DNA of 64,000 nucleotides from Eledone cirrhosa (taxonomy: Eukaryota), in assembly GCA_964016885.1 (NCBI GenBank), contig OZ024754.1, forward strand, positions 36,580,001-36,644,000, written 5' to 3'. The notes beneath the pieces are model-generated. The model saw only the letters and a program-made list of their open reading frames with translations. It ran no database searches and was not told where the DNA came from. This document shows positions 55,512 to 64,000 of this stretch, in pieces; positions within the stretch are counted from its first letter, which is position 1, and each line of letters begins with the position of its first letter. The translations under genes and the position numbers were made by a program.

Positions 55512-55910
55512 GAAAGACTAAGGATTGCCTTCTGAAAGATTAAGGATAAACTTCTGAAAAGCTAAGGGTAGCCTTCTGAAAGACTAAAGGTAGCTTTCTG
55601 AAAGACTAAGGGTAGCCTTCTGAGAGACTAACGGTAGCCTTCTGAAAGACTAAGGGTAGCCTTCTGAGAGACTAAGGGTAGCCTTCTGAAAGACTAAAGG
55701 TAGCTTTCTGAAAGACTAAGGGTAGCCTTCTGAGAGACTAACGGTAGCCTTCTGAAAGACTAAGGGTAGCCTTCTGAGAGACTAAGGGTAGCCTTCTGAA
55801 AGACTAAAGGTAGCTTTCTGAAAGACTAAGGGTAGCCTTCTGAGAGACTAACGGTAGCCTTCTGAAAGACTAAGGGTAGCCTTCTGAGAGACTAAAGATA
55901 GCCTTCAGAA
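55512..55910. repeat. 22 bp minisatellite with 110 bp (5-mer) higher-order repeat x3
   Basis: gaaagactaagggtagccttct; variant order recurs at 55578, 55688, 55798. Confidence 0.9.
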
Positions 55911-56472
55911 AGAAGCACAAAAATTCGAAGACAGATTTATATATTGATGTATGCTTAACGTATATTTATTTCAACTAATTATAAGTTATAGAAAAAACCA
56001 ACTTATATTTCTTTATTTACATTTGTAATTATATTGCGTAAAATAATTGTGGTTTAATGAGACATTTTTTTTTTTTTTAAATATGGCCACATTGGATGTC
56101 AGTTAATTTCTTTGCTATCTTCCGACATAAAATAGATTCTCTATAAATGATGTAGGATATGTGATTTGGGATAAAGTTTCGCAGCTACTGGGAACCACTT
56201 ATTGGCTTTTTCATTAGTTTGCGAGTATAATGTGCGGATGTGAGCGCGCGCGCGTGTCTATGTGTGTGTGTGTATGTGTGTGTATGTGTGTTAATGTCTA
56301 TGTGTGTGTGTGGTTGTGTGTTAATGACTATGTGTGTGTGTATGAATATCTGTGTGTGGAGGGCGTGAAGTCATCAGTTGTTGGTCAAGCACAGTAATAG
56401 TCGTTTGATGTCACATTGTGACAGATTCGCATAGAACCTCAAGCAATACTACTACTACTACTGCTGCTGCTG

Positions 56473-56506
<34 letters not shown>

Positions 56507-56517
56507 CACTACCACTG

Positions 56518-56572
<55 letters not shown>

Positions 56573-56583
56573 CACTACCACTG

Positions 56584-56641
<58 letters not shown>

Positions 56642-56652
56642 CACTACCACTG

Positions 56653-56695
<43 letters not shown>

Positions 56696-56696
56696 A

Positions 56697-56758
<62 letters not shown>

Positions 56759-56802
56759 GTGTCCCAAAAGATATATACACACTTTGATTACCTATACAGG
56801 CA

Positions 56803-56833
<31 letters not shown>

Positions 56834-57240
56834 AATATATATATTTATATATAATCCCCATCACCACAAACACATACAATCTATACAATCCATGCAATTA
56901 TAAACGGATGGAAAGGCAGCTATTTTATTGCTGTTGTTGTTGTTGTTAGTATTATCATAATTATGGTAATTTTCATCATTATATATATATATATAATAAA
57001 GTAAATAGAAAATACGAGCGATGGTATGTGTTCGATAGGAAATGAAAAAAGTCCTCCATTAAAATCAGTCATGCCGCCACACAGATTCGATTTCTGCCTA
57101 TCGATCGGTGGTTTTATTTATTATCATTATTATTTTTTGTTTGTCATATTTCGTGCATTATTTAAATCTGAGCTTATCATAAAAATCGTATGTGTTGTAT
57201 TATGTATGAGTGTACATATGTATGTATATGTATATATATA

Positions 57241-57301
<61 letters not shown>

Positions 57302-57316
57302 TTATATTTATATTTA

Positions 57317-57378
<62 letters not shown>

Positions 57379-57400
57379 TTTATATTTATATATATATTTA

Positions 57401-57535
<135 letters not shown>

Positions 57536-57574
57536 CTATATATACCCGCCGAAATGCGATTCTCGCTGAATTTA

Positions 57575-57617
<43 letters not shown>

Positions 57618-58890
57618 TTATTTATATATATATATATATATTTATTTGTATATATATTTATATTTATTTACATATCTATTTTTATATATACCTATATATA
57701 TATAAATCTATATATATTCATATTTTGCTAACTTGCTTCTTTTCTTTTCTTATTTTATTTCAGTTATTTCGAATCAAGTTTGGAAACAAGTCGCCATATT
57801 TGTGTTTATCTTGGACCACATTGGGCAGTATAAAAACATTGAAGGAGCCGAGTGGAATAAATTTACTTTGTCACGCTATTAGTACGATTACTACGACTAC
57901 TACGACTACCACTACTACTGCTACTACTAGCATCATTAACCATCAGCATCCCTTTACCTTCACTGATGAATGACTCAATCGACTAAACAGACTAGCTGAC
58001 CAATTGGAATACAGAGTTGTTACTAGGCTGACGAAAGACTGAGAGAAAACAAGAGCTGTCTAACATTGCGAGAAAGGAAGTTAATAACTGAAAAAAAAAA
58101 TATGTGTCGCACACTGGCCATACACAGCGCCATCTGGAGACGTGGATATAAAGCTTAGACACAGAACTGTTTACATCTTTCACCATCAAGCTGAAAGAGT
58201 CATGTTCCATGGTTTTGTACCATTCTACATGTCTCTTCTGACAAACAAAACACACGCTAAAAGGACGTTATTTTATGCCGAGAAGTTGGCCTTAAAACTA
58301 CATATATTTCTCTGCAAACAATTAATCTAAAAAGCAAAAAAATATCAAAGAAAATATTTTAAATAAAACAGAAAAAGACAAATATTCATTTATATACCTA
58401 AGATATATATATCTATCTATATATATATATATATCTATATATCTATATATATCTATATATATATATATATAAATACACATTCCAATACATACACATATAT
58501 ATATATATAATATATACATATCCATCTATATTTATATCGTCTATTTATAAACTATATATTTGCCTGTCGTTAACTGTTGTTGATTATCATATCTATATAT
58601 TTGAATATATATGTATAAATATATAAATATATATATATAAACACGCACAAACACGCTCATATACATATATAAACTATACATATATATGTATATCTGTACC
58701 CATTTTGCTACATAAGAATACATATACATATATATCATTTCTATATAGATACCGATAAATTATTTATCGTCTGAGCTTCTATAAACATTGTTTTGTAAAG
58801 TTTTCTTCATTATATTCCGTTAAACAGTACCATTCCTGATCAATTATAAATACAAAACAAATAACTTACCAATAATTCCAAAAATTCAAA

Positions 58891-60933
58891 ATGCCGCGAG
58901 GATTTTTGGTAAAAAGAACAAAAAATGCTGCGGCATTTTCTTACAGAGTTCGGAATTCGGATGACAGTGATTCCGATCATGAACACATTCAAACAAATTT
59001 TGGTTCACCAGATTCTGGATATTCTCCAAGTCCGATATCATTGACTCCACGTGAGAGAGATCTCCATGCCTTTGATAGGGACCCGATACAAGGTACCACC
59101 CTGTCCTCGTCTCCTCTGCCAAGTTATCCGTCCCCACATTATTTTTATGCCTTCGACAGACTGAGCGTTTCCAATTGTTCTCCAGTCAATTTGACCCCCG
59201 TGAAAAACGAAACCGGAACCACTGCCCTTTCCAGTCCCAACAAACGCAGGGGCCCGGCCGAAGCCGAGAAAAAGGTGAAAACGCCCAAGAAACCGAAAGC
59301 TTGCCGTAAAATTAATTTCGACGAGGACAAGACGTCACCAGTGTCCGGTACGATCATCAAAGATATTTCAGATACGGACGAGGAGGGACAAGTGGTGTGT
59401 GGAGACATTGACAGTGCCTTTAACTATGTAGAGATCACGGCAGAAGCTAAAGCTGAGCTGGAAAAAATCGAGAATAAAATTGGAGACTATGTTTGTCAGC
59501 TATGCAAAGAATATTTCGATGATGCTTTCCAGTTAGCGCGTCACAGATGCTCGCGTATTGTGCACGTGGAATACCGTTGTCCTGAGTGTGACAAAGTTTT
59601 CAATTGTCCAGCCAACCTGGCTTCACATCGGCGTTGGCACAAACCGAAAACCGCGTCTGACAAAAAGAATGTTCCCACTCACATACTACCGGCCAACATC
59701 CCTTCGGTTGCTCTCAACGGTACCCACAGCAATGGAGCAAACGGAGACCCGATGGATGAATCCAGCGACAAATGTGACAGTCCACGAATGCTGACATCCC
59801 CACCTGGCTCGCCGAATAACTACACAGCTTCCACACACCACCACCATCAGTTCTTCAGTTCGAACTCATCGCCATCTCCATCGTCCACATCACCCTCAGC
59901 CGTCGCCATTAATGAATGTCCTTCGTCAACTGCCGAAGAAGGGCAATTCCAGTGTGAAATATGCTTCAAGAGGTTCCGCCGTCAAGCATACCTGAAGAAA
60001 CACATTCTTAACCACAACAATGACCGAGCCAAGCAACAACCACCACAACAACAACAGCCGTCACAACAACAACAACAGTCACAACATCCGTCACAACATC
60101 ATCAGTCAGAGCAACAACAACAACAACAACAACAAAGTGAAACCAGTCAGCCACCGAATGAAAATGACTTACCAAATCATTCCACCGATTCGCCGCCCCC
60201 TCACAACTATTTTCAACAAAAGCCCCAACTCCATCAGAACAGCAATCAAAACCTCACGCAAACCAACAACAATAACAACAACAACAGTGAGAGTAACAGC
60301 AGCAGCAACAACAACAATAACAACAACAACAGTAGCAGCTGTAACAATAACAATAATAATAACATTAATAATAATAATACAGATTCCAATGGTAACACTG
60401 AACCGAGTTCGCTAAGCAGCAATGTAAATACACAAAATGGTGCCTCAGATAACAATAGCTCTTCAAATATCGTAGTCAACGAGAGTAGTAGTGAGAGTAT
60501 GGCCACTACGACCAGAAGTAGCAGCCCCGCAGCAATCACTGGTACCATGGGTAACACTACAACCACTGCCAGCGACGGTAGTATCACTACCACTACTACT
60601 ACTACAACTAACACCAGCAGCGTTAGCAATACCACCACCACCGCCGCTACTACCACCACCACGACTGGCAACAGTAACAACAACAACAGCAGCAGCAACG
60701 GTAATGGTGCTACAACTCACCTATCATGCGACCACTGTAATAGCATTTTTACCACAAAAACAGCCCTTGAAAAACATGCCCGGACGCACAGTGGTGAGGT
60801 TTTTACTTGTAAGTACTGCTCAAGTCGCTTCTATAGCTCTCCCGGTCTTACCAGACACATCAACAAATGCCATCCCTCCGAAAATAGACAGGTCATTCTT
60901 TTGCAATTGACCCCAGTAAACCGACCTTGTTGA
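58891..60933 (+). CDS. INSM1: Insulinoma-associated protein (INSM1/IA-1, nerfin/EGL-46 family) SNAG-domain C2H2 zinc-finger transcription factor, 680 aa, single coding exon
   Basis: N-terminal SNAG motif MPRGFLVKR; family motif RKINFDEDKTSPVSGTII; ZF1-2 YVCQLCKEYFDDAFQLARHRCSRIVHVEYRCPECDKVFNCPANLASHRRWHKP; ZF3 FQCEICFKRFRRQAYLKKHILNH; ZF4-5 ending CKYCSSRFYSSPGLTRHINKCHPSENRQVILLQ, as in INSM1; CAAAATG start context. Confidence 0.96.
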   Translation: MPRGFLVKRTKNAAAFSYRVRNSDDSDSDHEHIQTNFGSPDSGYSPSPISLTPRERDLHAFDRDPIQGTTLSSSPLPSYPSPHYFYAFDRLSVSNCSPVNLTPVKNETGTTALSSPNKRRGPAEAEKKVKTPKKPKACRKINFDEDKTSPVSGTIIKDISDTDEEGQVVCGDIDSAFNYVEITAEAKAELEKIENKIGDYVCQLCKEYFDDAFQLARHRCSRIVHVEYRCPECDKVFNCPANLASHRRWHKPKTASDKKNVPTHILPANIPSVALNGTHSNGANGDPMDESSDKCDSPRMLTSPPGSPNNYTASTHHHHQFFSSNSSPSPSSTSPSAVAINECPSSTAEEGQFQCEICFKRFRRQAYLKKHILNHNNDRAKQQPPQQQQPSQQQQQSQHPSQHHQSEQQQQQQQQSETSQPPNENDLPNHSTDSPPPHNYFQQKPQLHQNSNQNLTQTNNNNNNNSESNSSSNNNNNNNNSSSCNNNNNNNINNNNTDSNGNTEPSSLSSNVNTQNGASDNNSSSNIVVNESSSESMATTTRSSSPAAITGTMGNTTTTASDGSITTTTTTTTNTSSVSNTTTTAATTTTTTGNSNNNNSSSNGNGATTHLSCDHCNSIFTTKTALEKHARTHSGEVFTCKYCSSRFYSSPGLTRHINKCHPSENRQVILLQLTPVNRPC

Positions 60934-61451
60934 TGATAAATACTTTTGCCAATAACAATAACATTATCATCGTCGTCTACAACAACAACAATAACAACAA
61001 CCAGGTCTGACTTAGGACACTAAAATAACATCAATAATAATAAAAATAATAATTTAAAAATTAAAAAAATTAATAGCCAATGGGCTCCATATTTAAGTAT
61101 AAGACTGAGAGAAGTGAGTGGCTTCACTAACCACTCCAGCCTACGTCCCTTCTGTGAGAAAAGTGAGGTTCGTTGATTTGGTCATCAATGCAACTATGCC
61201 TGAACGTGAAGTTAGCCAACCAGGCCAAAGTCCAGTTAACAAATTCACCCGGTCATTAATAACATTCCTCTCCCAACACCATATATATCCTTATTATAAA
61301 CAGCAACAACAACAATAGCAACAATAGCAACAACAGCAATGGAAACAATAGCAACAACAACTATAGCAACAACAACAATAGCAACAAAATGAAAATACCC
61401 ACCACGAACATTATTATTTAACTACATCATCAACCCCTACCACCAGGACAA

Positions 61452-61524
<73 letters not shown>

Positions 61525-63177
61525 TAGTTTTACTAACAAGTTCCACCTATCCCATACACAGATTTCAAAGAAAGAAAGTTAGAAAGAAAAAAAAAACCTT
61601 AAAATATTAACAAGAAGTCAACAAAAATGTAAACAAAAGGCGCCAAGAACAACCGAAAACCTGAAAGGACCAAAAACTAACGAAGGAACAAACAAACAAA
61701 CTAAAATATACAAGAGAGGAATGACGGAGGGAAGGAATTACAAAATAACTGTAGTTAATAAAGAAACAAAATGGAGGACAGAATGAAACATTTTGTGATG
61801 GAAGGAAAACTGCGTTCATAAGAAACGACTCTAGTTACTTTCTTTCCTATATTTCACGCTATATCGTCTGCGAGAAACAGAATAATCCCTCATGGGGAGA
61901 GAAAGGTAATTATTAATAAGATACCTTTTGAGAAAGACAAGAGAGTTAGGAGACGTAAACCTCACAATTCTTTGTTTGAATTCTCACACTTTTCTTGTTA
62001 TCCTTCCAAGATGGATGCGAAAATTTTTTTTTTTACAGAAAAACGAAAACAATGGAACGATTTATATATATATACATACAAATATCGATATATATCGATC
62101 CTAATATGATTTATAATCCTTAATACCCCTCTCCCCCTCAAAAATATATTGTGGTCTTGTGTCTCGTTACATTAATACAGCTCTAAGTTCGATGAATGCA
62201 ACGCCATAATTGACTATCAGATTTCAAATCTCAGCAGAAACACATGTGCCCATACATACACGAACATGTCCAAACATACAAACAAAAAAAAAGACAATGT
62301 GAACGTCATCTTCTTGCGGTAACATCTATATATATATATATATTTATTTATTTATTTATTTATTTATTTATCATAATCATCACCATCATTACCATCCGCA
62401 TCATCATCATCATCATCGTCATCATCGTTGTCATCATTATCATCATCGACAAACCTCGACAAAACCACCACACTCATGACTTTTCATCTTCATTTAATTT
62501 ACTATCATCGTCCTCATCATCGTCATAATCATCGACGACATCATCATCATCGGCCCCATCATCGTCATCGTCATCGTCATCGTCGTAATCATCCCTATAA
62601 TAGTCACTATTATTTTGACGTCATGCCACGTGCTATCACTGGATTGGCGGAATCGGCGCTAAGAACATAACAACTGAAATATGTTTACGTTCTGTGTTTA
62701 AACCCTGATAACATTATCGATAACTTTTTTTTTTTTCATTCAATATGGGATCAAAAAATGATCGATCAAATAGAGACCAATATAAATCAACTACTGGAAA
62801 TCTATTTAATCATCCTTGTAGTTTTCCCTTAAAAGTTGTGGCCTTCAGCCTATGCAAGAAATTACGAAGATTTCGTCAATATCATCATCACCAACACTAT
62901 CCCCAACATCATCATCACCAACACTATCCCCAACATCATCATCACCAGCACTATCCCCAACATCATCATCACCAACAAACATCATCAGAAAAACCATCAT
63001 TGTCACACTCTCTCCCTTTCACTCTTTTTTTTTTATTTGTTTTTTCCCCATATGTCCTAAAACAAGAGCAACAACAACAACAACAACAACAATAACAACA
63101 ACATTTATTATTATTTATTCCTGACAAAAGGTCACCAGCCGAATGGATTTATTAAAAAAAAAAAGGAGAAACAAGAT

Positions 63178-63232
<55 letters not shown>

Positions 63233-63294
63233 GTTATGCCAGCCGACCATTTCCAATATTCTGACATAGATTTCTCTATATCTCCAATCATCCC

Positions 63295-63333
<39 letters not shown>

Positions 63334-63602
63334 ACACGAACGTACCCCACTCCCACACCATTATTTAATATCTCCTTGACACCATCATCACCATCGACAT
63401 CATCCTCACCATCATCATCATCATCATCAACATCATCATCATCAAGATCGGATTAAGCTTGCTTGGAGCCCCCACGGAAATTTTCATCAGGAATCTTGCG
63501 TATTATTTATGATAGCAAAATATTATTAATTTGGGGCCCTATTTAACAATTGTATGACCCTTGATTACAGCCCAGTCACCTCACCTAGCCTTAATCTGGA
63601 GC

Positions 63603-63651
<49 letters not shown>

Positions 63652-64000
63652 GGCCATCATGATGTTCATTATCCATGACTCCTTTTCTTTTGTCTTCTTC
63701 TTTCATGTGCCTTTACCAACCAATATGTCAAAAATGACAACCGATATTAGGGAGGGGGGGGGGAGAAGGTCAGAGCAACAAAATCAATCATCAGAATATC
63801 GATAAACTATCTCGAAGATGATGATAATGATGATGGTCATGATGATGATGATCACGACATGATGGTGGTCGCCACGAATATCATGAGGAGAATTTTGGAC
63901 ACATATGAACATATGCTCACGGCATTGATGCTACGCACATGCGCACACAGACGCATGTATATACATACAAACATGCATACATACATATATATATACATAT

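Noticed and set aside
55512-55910. Repeated CTGAAAGA/CTGAGAGA as ribozyme cores
   Set aside because: No pairing stems; minisatellite coincidence
60934-63720. miRNA seed sites downstream of insm (TGTGAT 61794, TCTAGT ~61830, GTGCCTT 63707)
   Set aside because: Single 6-7mers expected by chance, and 3'UTR extent unknown (AATAAA already at 61039)

Overview
Eukaryotic, AT-rich, microsatellite-saturated genomic DNA. The SINE families, (TA)n/(CA)n density and poly-N/Q/T-expanded protein suggest an octopus/cephalopod genome (inference). The only credible host gene is an intronless-CDS INSM1/IA-1 (nerfin/egl-46 family) SNAG + 5 zinc-finger neurogenic transcription factor at 58891-60933 (+). It probably has a TATA promoter near 44135, a non-coding first exon and a ~13.4 kb 5'UTR intron. 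The rest is TE debris: two tRNA-derived SINE families (many copies, two with tandem-amplified heads), RTE, L1/Tx1, Tc1, Penelope GIY-YIG, Helitron-like and MITE fragments, plus mini- and microsatellites. The most striking unexplained signal is a dense set of minimal type-I hammerhead ribozyme motifs (about 9 complete, several degenerate). They sit in short, non-coding, often fold-back (palindromic) Penelope-derived elements next to (TA)n tracts, with covariation between copies. Two pre-miRNA-like hairpins (31255-31324 and 44169-44233, the latter at the predicted TSS) and several Sox/E-box/Hes-site islands also merit follow-up. All calls are by eye, without database searches.
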